Assembly: GCA_047967505.1 (NCBI GenBank) | Contig: CM106538.1 | Source: Dipteris shenzhenensis | Taxonomy: Eukaryota | Strand: one strand, 5' to 3' | Length of the DNA: 64,000 nucleotides | Shown here: piece after piece, positions 24,752-36,660 of the stretch | How the letters are laid out: each line of letters starts with the position of its first letter | How positions within the stretch are numbered: the first letter of the stretch is position 1 | Translations under genes and position numbers: made by a program | Notes under the pieces: model-generated | Told to the model about the DNA's origin: nothing | Seen by the model: the letters and a program-made list of their open reading frames with translations, nothing else | Databases searched by the model: none

Positions 24752-25670
24752 ACCGCCAAGACTAACTGCAAGCTTCCGATGAAGAAAAACAGGCTGCCAC
24801 CCAAGAAGGGGATGAAGCGGCAGTGGAGCCTGGGGGTGAGGCGGGCGAGGCGAAATGAAGGGTCGGAGGGGTCGAAGCGGAGGGCGGGGCGAAGGCTGCG
24901 GGATGCGGGGAGTACGGAAGGGGGCGAGAGGGCGGGGGGGGGGGGTGAAGATGGAATGGCGGGGGTGGAGGGGTGAAGCGGGGGGGCGAGGGGAGCGGAA
25001 TGAGGCGGAGGCGGGTGAAGCGAGGGGGTGAAGGAGCAGCGAGGGGGCGGGTTGGAGCGGGGTGGATGGCGAGGGAGCAGTGAGGGGCGGAATGGAGCGG
25101 AGGCGGGGCGAGGGCGAAGCGGGCTGAAAAAAAAAAAAAAAAAAAAGGACGAGGCGAGGCGAGGCGGGATGGAGCGGTTGGAGCGGCGGCGAGGGGGGGG
25201 TTGGAGCGGGGGCGAGGGGCGGGTTGGAGCGAGGGGGCGGGATGGAGCGGAGGTAAGGGGGCGGGATGGAGCGAGGGGGCGGGTTGGAGCGAGGGGGCGA
25301 GGGACGAGGGGCGGGTTGGAGCGAGGGGCGGGATGGAGCGAGGGGGCGGGTTGGAGCGAGGGGGCGAGGGGCGGGATGGAGCGAGGGGGCGGGATGGAGC
25401 GGAGGCAAGGGGGCGGGATGGAGTGAGGGGGCGGGATGGAGCGAGGGGCGGCTGGAGCGGAGGTGAGGCGAGGGGTAGCGGGGTGCCGGCGGGGGGGGAG
25501 GAGAGGGGACGGGGGTCGAGGGCGGACGGGAGGGGTGGAGGTGGTTGCGGCGAGGGGGGGGGGGGAGCGAGGGGGGAGGTAGGGGCTAACGGCGAGGGGG
25601 GGAGGGGAAGCTCGCAGGAGCGCACCTGCACACTGGAGCTATTTCCATTAGTGAGGACTAAGTGGGAGCT
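24752..25670 (-). promoter_or_regulatory. LINE 5' UTR and putative internal promoter with GC-rich minisatellite
   Basis: On +, tandem ~17-20-bp units GG(G/A)(T/A)TGGAGCGAGGGGGC and an A20 run at 25127-25146. Promoter function is inferred from position only. Confidence 0.7.
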
Positions 25671-26599
25671 AATTTGACAGATCTATTAAGATACTCATTG
25701 CTTGCTTAAGGTAAATGCCCATATCATGTCGTTGCACCTTGGATGCCTCATCCACTCAATTATGGACAGTGTTATTAAGCGTCATGAACACAATCCTTGC
25801 CTCTTACGAGAGACATCTTTCAATGCTTGGATCCCACCTGTATACATTACCAGTAGCAATCGAAGGAGTGACCTTGATATGCACAAGATACATGCATCTA
25901 GCTGAGTCGTCTAGTGATCCATAATTGTATTTAAATATTCACTCAAGGACCTAGAGATGCATACCTCTCAACTACTTTCAAGTACGTGTCTAGCTCTTGA
26001 AACGATCTGAAATGCAAGTGCACCAAGTTGTCAATCGCAACTGTCAATGTGACTGCCTTGGCAATGGAGAGCCTTGCCCTCACAAATTGTGGCTCAAATA
26101 AGGCACATGTCGGCAAAAGTACAATTTAATGGCTCTCTCTCTTAAGGGATTCAAGTCTACCAACCCTATTTCTTTGCACCATCTAGGTCAAGAAAATGTA
26201 GAATGAGGAAGCAAAGTCATGCTAAAATGATTGCAGCTAACTTTTGTTTAGCTCCTATCTTGTATTTTAACTTTTTAATTCTTAAAGCTCTTGCTTATGG
26301 GCTTTTTGGCAACGAGTAAACTCTGCCTTGCCTAGAGTAAGAAGTTTCTTGTTATTTACGGAAGGTAATCCATTGTGCAATGTGCTTTATGTCAAGGATA
26401 GTAGTAATTAGTATATAGCATATGCTACATCCTAACGATTAATTGTGTTTGGTTGCTTGGGGAAATTATTACCGATAGACTATCTTTCCAAGCCACACAT
26501 CATCTATTCCGTAATGATCAAGGTATACCATAGTGTTTACTCGTGGAAGAGTTCTATTCCACGAGTACTTCACAGCATGTACAATTTGGGCATAGATTG

Positions 26600-29195
26600 C
26601 TTGGATTAGTCACTCTTCCTACTCTTGTATCACGATTGCATGCATTCTAAGAAAAAATGATTTCGTCATAGAAGCGGAGGGCATCTCACCTCTCCGGGAA
26701 GGTTTTTCTTCAAAGACCATTTGTCATGTGGACCTTCCAATCTGATAGCTGCTTCTAGGTTTTTCTTGAATAGCGGTAGGCCTCCTCCAGAATAGTTTCT
26801 CCAGGAAATCGAATTATGATAGTCATATGATTGTGTAGGACTATACCATGGTATACTTTTGAAAGTAAACACCCAAATGCAGATGTCAAACTCACATACA
26901 AGGCATCCCTTTGTGATTTTGTCACGAACAGGACCAACGTTGATCTTTTCTTATCTGCCATAGGACCTTCTATGATAAACTGCACAAGTTCAACTATCTG
27001 TGACAGTGCAAGGTCTTGCAATTCATCTATGAAAAATAAGCATGGCTTCTCCCAAGCATGACTGCTCATTGTTATGAAATGCTCTGTATCAATGCCATTG
27101 ATGTGTGGAGTAATTAAGCCTCCATCTAGAGTGTTTTATCGCATCGCCCCAACCTAGAGCAAATTTTGTATCATTCTCTGATAGTAGGATATCATAGGAG
27201 AAGTTGAATGGACAACCATAATCTAAACCACCAATTGCTCTACCTTGGGCAGTGGACTGCAAGGCCTTTTTCTTGATGTCCATATATTCTGTCTCAACAA
27301 CCTTTGGCATTTTAGCTCTTAGATCCTTTGTTGGTGTGGCATCTGCATCCATTGAAGCCAACCACTTTCTAGCCCATGTCTTATCAAGGAGTTGACCTAG
27401 GCTAAGTGCTTTCATCTTATCCACATCAATTGGCTTGCCAGCTAACTCATCATCAGATTTCAATAAAAACAATAGTGCCAAGAGAGCAGCCTCACTTTGA
27501 ATCATTCGGATGACCACTTCATCCAAGTTGCTATGCTTGCTCTTCTTTCCAAAGAAGTAGTCACCACTTAGGATCTTCTTGCATACTTCTTATGTTGTTG
27601 CATCTGGAACAAACCTTAATGCTCTCAACCAAACAATAGACATCGGTTTCTTTATTTTTTTTGCTTTGAGTTGTAGTGTGCTCTGGTGCCTCAAAGGATA
27701 TCTTCCTTGTTTCATATGCTTGGCAAACATCCACCATGCTCTGAAACACTGAGTCCTCGTGGAAGAAAATGCAAGTAACATCCCTGTATCTTGCAACAGC
27801 GGTGTTCAAATCCTTTGCCTCAACCTTATTACTTGGTATGCCTTGTGTATTACTTACAACACCTTTCAAGCATCAGATGTAGGTCTCCTGCCCTTGACTG
27901 TTTGTGGCTTTCCATAGCCCACCCATAACTCCCTTGCCTTTATCAACATCTCAGAAAGAGAAGAGCTTTTTTTCAACCTAAATAGAGCAGAATTCAGCCT
28001 TTTTAATTCTAGAATGTACTTCGAGTCATCGTTAAATATGCATACATGACAAATGACCTATTGAAACTATTCCATCCACTCAATTTGTGGCAAGTTTCCT
28101 TTTCTTCCCTCATCAAGGGAGATCCTACAAGCTTCACAAAAGTGTTGCCCATCAATGGGCTCAAACCTAGGGAATGATTAATGGTAGATCTGTCCATGTA
28201 TTGGTAGATAGTGGTAGCACTCACAGTTTCATTAATTGTAGAACATTGCAAAGATTGGGATTAGTTGCTATAGAGATAGACCATGGTCTGAAAGTGGAGA
28301 TCGCGAATGGACAGCACATGATCAGCAGACATTGTTGCCAGGATGCCAGGATCAAGTTTTCTAATCATTATGAGTTTGCAAGTGATCTTTTGGCATTGGA
28401 TATGGAACCCAAGAATCTATTCTTTGCCAGCATGTATCTCTTCTCAATGTCAGTCCCATATCGGCTTTGGTACAAAGCCTCTCCACGAACAAAGTCACTC
28501 CTTCTAAAGTTCTCAAAAGCATCAAGAAAGTCCACACGCTTTTGAAATGTGACATCAGGCAATGTAGGATCATCTTCTTGAAGTATCTTAAATGCCATAG
28601 GACGAAGAGTGATGTTAGTGGCAACTGGAGTTCTTGTTTTCTTTGTATCTTCATACAATTTGCGTGCAAATGTCTTATCTAGCTTTCTTTGATTTGTGAA
28701 CAACGAAGCTCGATCAATAAGCATTGTGGCCACCCTAAATTGTGAAAATCCCCAAATGTACCCCTCATCCTCTGGAGGATGTAAGTCTGCCACACTTATA
28801 GAAAAGTCTTCAAGACTTGTATCTTCTTCTTGCGGATCCTCCTGTTCATCGCTATCCAATTTTTCGCCTGGTTTTAAATAACCTGCACTTGAACGATCTA
28901 CACGTGGAGTAGGAGTTATTTTTGCTCTCTTTCTGGGAATAGCTGTAGAACTTGAATCTGCTCCACGATCACTCCTTCTTGTTCCTATAGTTGTAGCAAT
29001 CGATGGTGTAGGTACAATTGGAGATACTGTAGCTACTGTCGCAGATATTGTAGTTACTCTTGCCGGAGTTACCGTAGTTATCACCATAGATATTGGCAGT
29101 ATAACTTGAGAGCTACATGTTATAGATGGCATACTTACTGCTGCACTTACTATTGCTGAAGGTACAACACCACCACTTGGAAATGCATCCCACAT
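26600..29195 (-). pseudogene. Decayed gene for an uncharacterised ParB/Srx-like (PIDGQH motif) protein, copy 1
   Basis: Successive broken minus-strand frames: low-complexity N-terminus, QRKLDKTFARKL, RFEPIDGQHF (motif at 28142-28159), YILELKRLN, KARELW, AWEKPCLFFIDE. Colinear motifs are shared with 54540-56250. Confidence 0.65.
28171..28412 (+). mobile_element. Ty3/gypsy aspartic protease fragment inserted antisense into the PIDGQH gene
   Basis: INGRSVHVLVDSGSTHSFIN...LKVEIANG is a typical retropepsin DSG motif. The host frame LAKNRF resumes as EPIDGQH on the other side. Confidence 0.85.
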
Positions 29196-30394
29196 TTAAC
29201 CGTGGTAGTTAATGTAGCCCAACTACTATCAAGGTGAGAGCCACCGCCACGGTGGTTGGCCTGAATTTTGAATAATTCAAAGCGGCAATACTATCTTGCA
29301 TGGTAATGAATGATTAAAGGTGGTGGCATCCAAGATTCCCGGCCAATTGTGTGGTGGTGGCTTAGACCCTCTAGGTTAGCAGTTAATTACCAGCCACCAC
29401 AATGGCCCACAATTACTCAACTTCTAGTTGCTATTGCAGTACAATGCTTTGTTCTTGATATTCTACTTGAAAGGTTATGTTATTTGTATTCCACTACATT
29501 CATATGCTTGGTGCAGTTTTATTCACAATGATAATACATGTACTATTATGTTTTGCTAGCAAGTTTAGCTACAGCTTCAAGTTTCCATAAATCTCGGTTA
29601 AAGAGACTTGCCAAATATTCTATATCAAGCTTTACTTTCAACATGAGCTGATTGATTCAAAGGAGCTTCCAAAATATTTTGTACTGTATTGGAGGCTAGT
29701 ATCATTTACTTTTGATTTCCTTAATTTTTTATGTTATTTTGAAGGTGAGAGTTACTTTTGATTATCTTATGATTTTGAAAGCAGGTTCTCTTTCATCTTT
29801 GTTAATCAAGCATGCCTGTAGGCCATCCATTGTATTTGATTTGGAGAAGTCTAAATATCATGTAGGTGTGCTTGATATGCAAAAGAAAATGTCGATCTAA
29901 TGTTTCTCTCTCTTATAAGCTAATATCTTGCTTGACTTGCCCGTCATGTATTCAACACTAGCTTCAGTTTCATAAGTCGATCCATCCTATAAAAGAAAAG
30001 GACTCACCAAATGTTTTATGTTGCTAACATTCTAACATGTTTTCTTTCTATGTTTCTAATTTTTTGTTTAGCTTTGATATCATTACTCCTTGGATACATT
30101 ACTTCACATATGCAAAGGTGCTTCTCACATGTTTTCTTGTGGTTTTCAAGGCACTCTTTTATTTCCAAGGTGTACATTCGATACCTATAGGATGAGTACA
30201 TCTACTTTGTTTTTCATACTCATCTATATTTACAAGTGCATGCAAGGTCTTGCTAGACCAATGATTTGTTCCTTCTTTGTCCAGTAACTTATTGATGACT
30301 TAGGTATGTATTTACTTATTGGTTCAAGCAAGGCATACTTTTATTTCACCCTTTATGTGGTGAGGTATACTTATATGGTTTTCATGATGAACAC

Positions 30395-30915
30395 CTATGG
30401 CTGACTTATTGAGTACTCATTTGGTTGTGGCATCTATGGATTACTTATTGCATACTCATTTAAACATGGCAAGGTTCAACATCTTTCAGGTGACAATATT
30501 TATGAACACATATGGCTAATTGCTTGAGTACTCATTTGGACGTGGCATATGGTTAACTACTTGAGTACTCATCTAGATGTGGTACATGGATTATTACTGA
30601 CTCCTCATTTGGATGTGACACATATTTACTCGTTTGGATGTGGTACATGGATTATTACTAAGTCCTCATTTGGATGTGACACATATTTATCTGGCTTTCA
30701 CGATGGACACATATGGATTACTTATTGACTACTCATTTGGACATGGTCATATTGCGTACCCATTTGCACATGGCAAGGTTCAACGTCTTTCAAATGAACA
30801 CATATGGATTACTTCTTGAGTACTCGTTTGGACATGGCACATATGGATTATTTATTAAGTACTCGTTTAGACGTGGCACATATGCATTACTGTTGAGTAC
30901 TTGTTTGGATGTGAT
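30395..30915. repeat. Degenerate ~35-40-bp minisatellite
   Basis: Repeated ATGGATTA..T.TTGAGTACTC.TTTGGA..TGGCACAT-type units. Confidence 0.85.
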
Positions 30916-30918
30916 CAC

Positions 30919-31110
30919 CACTACCACACACGGGCCTTATTCTGACGGTTAAGCACCGATGTTTAGCGCGTGTGGGACGCTAATCATCTGTATGCAAAGC
31001 AGGCTTAAAAAGTGTCGCTATATAGTGACACTTGACAGACTTGAATAAGATCATTATATAGCGATGTTTTATAGAGTGTTTTTTCCCATACCGACCTCTA
31101 GAGATAGCTT
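30919..31110 (+). mobile_element. Candidate CACTA (En/Spm) left terminus
   Basis: CACTACCACAC starts where the minisatellite stops and is followed by GTCGCTA/TAGCGA-type subterminal motifs. No matching right end confirmed. Confidence 0.45.
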
Positions 31111-32417
31111 TACCCAATGACAAAAAAAATTTCTTTTCATACATGTTTGATCCTTTCAAAGAATAAAAGTACAAGAGCATGTACATCAAGTTTGAAGCTG
31201 ATAGGGCTAAAAAAGAATGGCAAGATTAGAGTATCCATAGATCTGAAAAACGTAATGTTGCGACTCATACGATAGAGATGTGTACGTGAGGCCATGTGTT
31301 AGAATTGCTATTGGTGAAAAAGTGACCTTTTCCATTGTATGCCCTTGTGCTCTATGAAATGTTCATGCTGTAGCAACAGCTAGTTGGATTGGGAATTGTT
31401 GACAGGTGAGGATTGTTTTTTTAGAAGGGCTAATTTGTGTTTCTCTTGTGATTCTTAATATTGGTGTCTATTTACGATTACTAGTTCTTGTATATGCATG
31501 GAAATTATTTTGACTTGTCTCTTTTCCTATTTGTGGATTTTGAAATAGAATCCATATAATGTCATCATGAATTTTGATATGTGGACATGCTCATGAAAAC
31601 ACCATCTACACCGTTCACTAGTCCATTTTGTTGATTAATATTTCTCGAGCATATTTCTACTAACATTCCTTCTTTAATTTGTATACTTGTTCTTAGGCCG
31701 TCTGTTGCTTTAGGGTTTTGTAATAGTTTTTATGGAATGTGGCTATTGTTATTGAATGTATCTATTGCTTTGATGTTCTACTCTTTGCCTGTTGTTCCAT
31801 GAAATACTCTTTTGTTATGGTTGTTCATGTCCAAGTTTGTGTAGTAAAGGTGTGGGAAAGTAGGGTCTTGTGGTGGTGTATGATAGCAATGCTCATTGAT
31901 GTACTTAATTTGCTCTACACTATGTGTACAAGTTCTAAAACAGTTTAGTGCATCTATGAAATCGTAGTTGTTTTGCCGCATTAGCTAGTTTAGCTTGTAA
32001 CATTGTGGTTTTGTGAGCCAGTAGGTGTTTGCTAATGTTTCCAATGATTGCCAATAGTTTTGTTCATGCACCTAAATGTTTTCCCAACTCATGCGACTCC
32101 AATGCACATTTGGTGCTCAAATTGGAACCTTGATTTTGGAGGTTGCAGATTTGGGCACCGGAGTGCCATGTTTTCTCTATCCAATAGCGTCTTGACATTT
32201 GGCACTATCATTGCATTGAATGTTTCCTCTTGCACTACACAATCAATGAAAAATGACCAGGTACAACTCTACATCTCACAGAGCTCTCCACTACAGTAGT
32301 AAGACAAACTGTGCTACTTCTATTGAATGCCACCATCTGGTTCATGCATGATAAATTCAGACAATTGGAGTTGAAAACCAAAGTTGCACTAGTTGAGCAT
32401 TTTTTGCTCCACGTGAA

Positions 32418-32459
32418 CTCTCTCTCTCTCTCTCTGTCTTTGTCTCTCTCTCTCTCTCT
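32418..32459. repeat. (CT)n microsatellite, interrupted
   Basis: Directly visible. Confidence 0.9.
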
Positions 32460-32699
32460 AAGACTTAGGATAGGCTACTTCTCCTTAGGAGAAGTCTTGG
32501 TGGCTTTGGTTTTTGAAGCCTTGCCTTTCTGTGGTGGATTATCTCCTTAGATGCCCTTAGCCATAGCTAGAGGGATTTCCTCTACCTTGAGGGATCATAA
32601 GGGAGCCTTGATCATTGTATTCAACCTAGCTCCCCAATTGGTTGAGAACTCACGGTGTGCGATAATGGCACCCACATATCTCCACCAGTGAAGATCTAT

Positions 32700-35600
32700 C
32701 TTTACCTTTTGTACCCCTGGCCATCTTCTAGTCTCCTTAAGATATTAAACATGTTTAAGGGAACTATGTTCTAGGGCACCTTGGGATTGTAGGCCGCCAT
32801 CTTTGTCCCTGTCCTCTCAATAACATCTATAGTAGTGAGATGTGTGTCCAATTTTGTGAGAACTTGGGTTCTTTCATCTTGGTCCTCTCCCATGTCTACA
32901 TGGTTAAAATACATGCAGGGAGTAGTCCTCTATGTTGTATCCGACTCATCAGCAAATTAGTTGTCGGTCATAGGGTGGGCTTTCCACGTTTGGAGGTCAA
33001 CCCTCACAATTTGTTCATTCTTGCACATATAAGTCCTATTTGAGGACCAGTCACATTAACTAGACCTCTAGCATGCATAAAGGGTCTTCCCAAAATGACA
33101 TCATACCCATCTAGCTACCCATGGAAGTCCATTACAACAGACCTGACATAGTAGGTGAGGCCAAAAATTTGGATCTTAATGTCCCTCGATGATTGGGCCA
33201 TTGCTCCATTGCCTAGTTTGACAACCATGTTGGTTCCTTCAATCTTAGACCTTCCCCACTTAGCCTAGCACTGTTTAGTGATAATGTTGAGACCTACCCC
33301 TCCAAGATTGCCATGGCATTCTTTCTTTGGTTTGTGATTGGGAGTACGACATTTGTATCATCGCTCTCAAAGTAGTGGCCCAGTGTGTTGACTAGAATCT
33401 TCTGTGGGAGTTTCAATTACCTCAATGGTAGCCACTTCATCAGGAGTGACCATCTACCGATTCATCCAATTAGAGAGACCTCTCTAAAGGATGGGGTTTC
33501 CTCTTAACAGGGCTGCTATAGGCATTTTTACCACCATGGACAAGAATGCGATTAGCCCTATGACATCTTAGGTTGGGTGATTTGTTCTCTACCTTCCAAC
33601 TACGATTCTTTGAAACCATGAAAGGACATAGGGCCCTCTCTTGCAGATTGGTGCGACTTGGGGTCCTCCTCGAACATCTTGTGTCTCAGGACCGGTGTCT
33701 CAGGACCAACCGTCCCACCTAATTGCCTTCTAAGCCTTCCTCAACCACCCTTTCTAGGGTAGGGATGGCCTAAGGGGTTCTGTTGTGGTCCTATTAGTTT
33801 GGATGCAAGGTATCCATGCCCTTATTGGTCTGAGCCTTTCCTCAATTTTTTCTTGGCAGTCATGGACTAGTAGTTGTGCCTCCAAGAGGTGTTGCTTCTT
33901 GACTGTTGGGTGGGGGATTTCACTGTGCCCAGCCAAGTTTAAGTTCTACCTATGTGAGTGTACCCCTCTTTCACTACCCTTTTCCATAGACCAGAGGTAG
34001 GCATGGTCTTGCACCAACTAGGTGCCTTTAGATGAGGTGGAAGTGAATACGATGGCAGTGTCCTCATTGAACCCACTCTGGATGATAACCTCATCCGATC
34101 CCTTCCCTATTTTAGTTGCTTTTGAATGGATCTTGTCTGTAGACTAGGTCAAAGCTGCTTAATCCCCCTAAGCCTATTTTCTAAGTTCCTTACTCATGAC
34201 CCTAGCTTGTGCCCTAATGATCACATTCAAAGATACCAAAGAGACTTGACCCCTCTTGATGCTCAGTAGGTTAATGCTAGTCTTAGGATCTGAGGTCATT
34301 TTTGGGGCTCTCCTCATTGGGCAGTCCTTGAAGAGGTAATCCGCCCCACAGCCCAAGCACAATGGGGAATTTGGGTTAAAAGTGTTTGTTGGAGGTAAGG
34401 GTTGGTCCTCCTTATAGGGGTAGTCCCTTAGGAAGTGAGGTCCTTAGCCATTAAAGTAGGAGACCGACTGGTTGGCTTGAGTCATGTAGGGACACTCACT
34501 AGCCCAATGTGGGCCTTGGCATGTATAACATTGTATGGCTGGTCTTTGCATCAAGGTCTTGACATCACTAGCCCATTGAGGGGTGGGAGCCATTCTATTT
34601 ACCAAGACATACTATTCATCTTGCAAAATGTAGTGAGTTATTTGGCCAAGTTGGTATGAAGAACCTTCATATGGGCCAGAGTCATTTGCCGATGGGGTAT
34701 AATCCAGTTACTCCCACTCGCTCTGGGGTCCCTCAATAATCACCTGGTTCATGGGAGTGATCCCAAGGTGGTGGGGGTTGAGGGCCTAATACAAATGGTG
34801 GCAATGGAAGGTTTTGAGCCCTATATTACACTTGGTTGGCAAGAGCGGCACCATGTATTGCTAGTTGACCTTGATTAAATTGGTTGGGTGGCACCGATAA
34901 TATCAAAGGTTGTCTCTATTGATACATTAACTATGGATTTACCTTTGGATAATGGCATTGGGAGGTTTTGTGATTCCCCCATCTAGCATTATGGGCACAG
35001 TATAGTGCCGACCTAGCCCTAAGGCATGGGCATTTATTTGTACGGTGGTTGCCCATGCACAGTCTGCACCACACATTATCTCTCCTAAGGAATAGGCGAG
35101 GATTGTTGGGGCCCTCTCTTGCCAATCCCCTCTTAAGTTGTTGGGCCACTCAGTTTGAAAGATCGGTGGCCACATCCTCTAGCGTTCACTCTCTGGTGAT
35201 CAGAGTTTTCTCCTTAGCCTCACCCATGCTAGTAGTCTTCCTTCATATTGTCATCTAGGAGTACAGTGGTCTTGCTGCACAACTCAAATGATGTGGGGTT
35301 AAGGGTGAGCAGATGACCATGTAGCTTTGCATCCCTTAACCCAATCAAGAAGCAAGGCAATAAGCTTTCATCACTCATCCTCTCATGAGGCTCATAGTAG
35401 TAGGAATTCAAGTGTTTAATCCTTGTGATATATTCCCATAATATCTCATGCTCCTTCTGCTTGACCTCATACAACTCGTTAATAGGGCTCCATCTGGGAC
35501 TAGTGGGGGAAAATCCCACTATGAACGCTTGTCTAAGCAACTCCCAGTTGATTTTCTTTGCCGCCCTATACCATTGGCCTACCTTTCCCTCAAGGCTCAG

Positions 35601-36660
35601 CTACCCAAATGCATGAACTTTGTCCAAGTCACCCATGTTCCCAAAGGTCTTGCAACTCTACTCAAACCTCTTGATAAGGGACACTGGATCTTCCTCTCTA
35701 AAGAATTTAGTTATGAGCTTGGACTAGGATCCTCATCTCCTCATCTGTCAGTACCATCTGTGGTGCAAGCAGAGGTGCTTGAGGGGCGGAGGTGCTTGAG
35801 GGGTTGGCATGGTACCGTAATTGGGTGGTCCTTGGGGTGGATTATAGAAAGTTGTAGCCTGAGTAGGTGTTAAGTTGGCTAGTCCTTGCCTAATAGGACT
35901 TGGAGCCAGCACACGTGGTGGGCTTGAGTGTATTGGCTGCACCGATATGGGCCTAGACATAGGAATTGTTACATTAGGCACTAGTTGCCATGGTGCATCC
36001 TTAGGGAAAGGAGTGCCCTCAGGGGCTCCTCCCCAAGTTGAGTACAGATTAGGAAAAGAGGACATCTATGTGGAAAGGTATTTACCCTAAAGCCCATTTG
36101 TCTCATTTCTTTGCCCTTCAGCACTCGAAGGCCAAAACCTAGGTAACCACGGCTCAGAGGTTCTAGTAAAGGATGGTTCACCCTCATAGAACTGAACATA
36201 AGGCCCATAGGATCTCTGGTCAGGGTAGGCTTGGGGTCACTTTGAGCATTATCCGATGCAAAAAGTGGCAAAGGCTCTTGCCACTCTTTAGATACTCAAG
36301 TTTGCTTGGCGAAGGGGCTGACTAAAGTTGGGGTCAAACAAGCTAGACTGCCCCATAAAATTAGAGAATGATTCCCTCAATCGTGAGGGTGTGGTCAAGG
36401 GTGTGGGGGATTGGGGCCTAATCGAGATGGAGTTAGGAGCCTTGCTGGCCCCAAGATTCGAGCTCTCCCCCATCTCAGCATTGAACCTCATTGAGTCTTC
36501 CGAACTTGAACTATTGCCTTGTAAAGTGCTCTATACAGAGTATGAACTCGGGACTGAGTTTTCGAATGAGGTTGATACTAGGGTGCTTCTTTGGTCGGAT
36601 ATCAAGTTGTTGGAGGTACTATCTTCCGGTTTTGGCTTAGCTCCCAAGATTTTTCCAAAT
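32700..36660 (-). mobile_element. Decayed Ty3/gypsy gag-protease region
   Basis: Retrotrans_gag-like WELLRQAF...VKQKEHE...YITR; knuckle-like CRLCMGNHRTNKC and CLGCGADYLFKDCP; protease C-terminal YDVILGRPFM near 33080-33110. Many stops. LTRs not identified and boundaries are approximate. Confidence 0.75.

Larger units (their letters stand above)
18207..25670 (-). mobile_element. Full-length, recently inserted L1-clade LINE
   Basis: 17-bp TSD AATTTGACAGATCTATT at 18190-18206 and 25671-25687; short A-tail (T-run at 18205-18211 on +); ORF1 and ORF2; GC- and CpG-rich compared with its flanks. Confidence 0.96.
17210..26586 (-). pseudogene. Terpene synthase (diterpene-synthase-type) pseudogene, copy 1: 3' half, interrupted by a LINE
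   Basis: Exons read KYSWNRTLPRV...YLDHYGIDDVWLGKIVYR; LPSVNNKKLL; ALFEPQF; LTNDIQKF; last exon ~17210-17476. Contains in-frame stops, a ~30-bp deletion in the last exon, damaged splice sites and DDxxD changed to DNLVH. Colinear with 60508-62358. Confidence 0.9.

Noticed and set aside
24752-25677. Extensin-like Pro-rich and Gly/Arg-rich ORFs
   Set aside because: These are stop-free frames of a GC-rich minisatellite in the LINE 5' UTR. The plausible ORF1 ATG is at 24751.
31208-31280. Gypsy RT scrap (KKNGKIRVSIDLK)
   Set aside because: The motif is suggestive but only ~20 codons long, with no supporting context.
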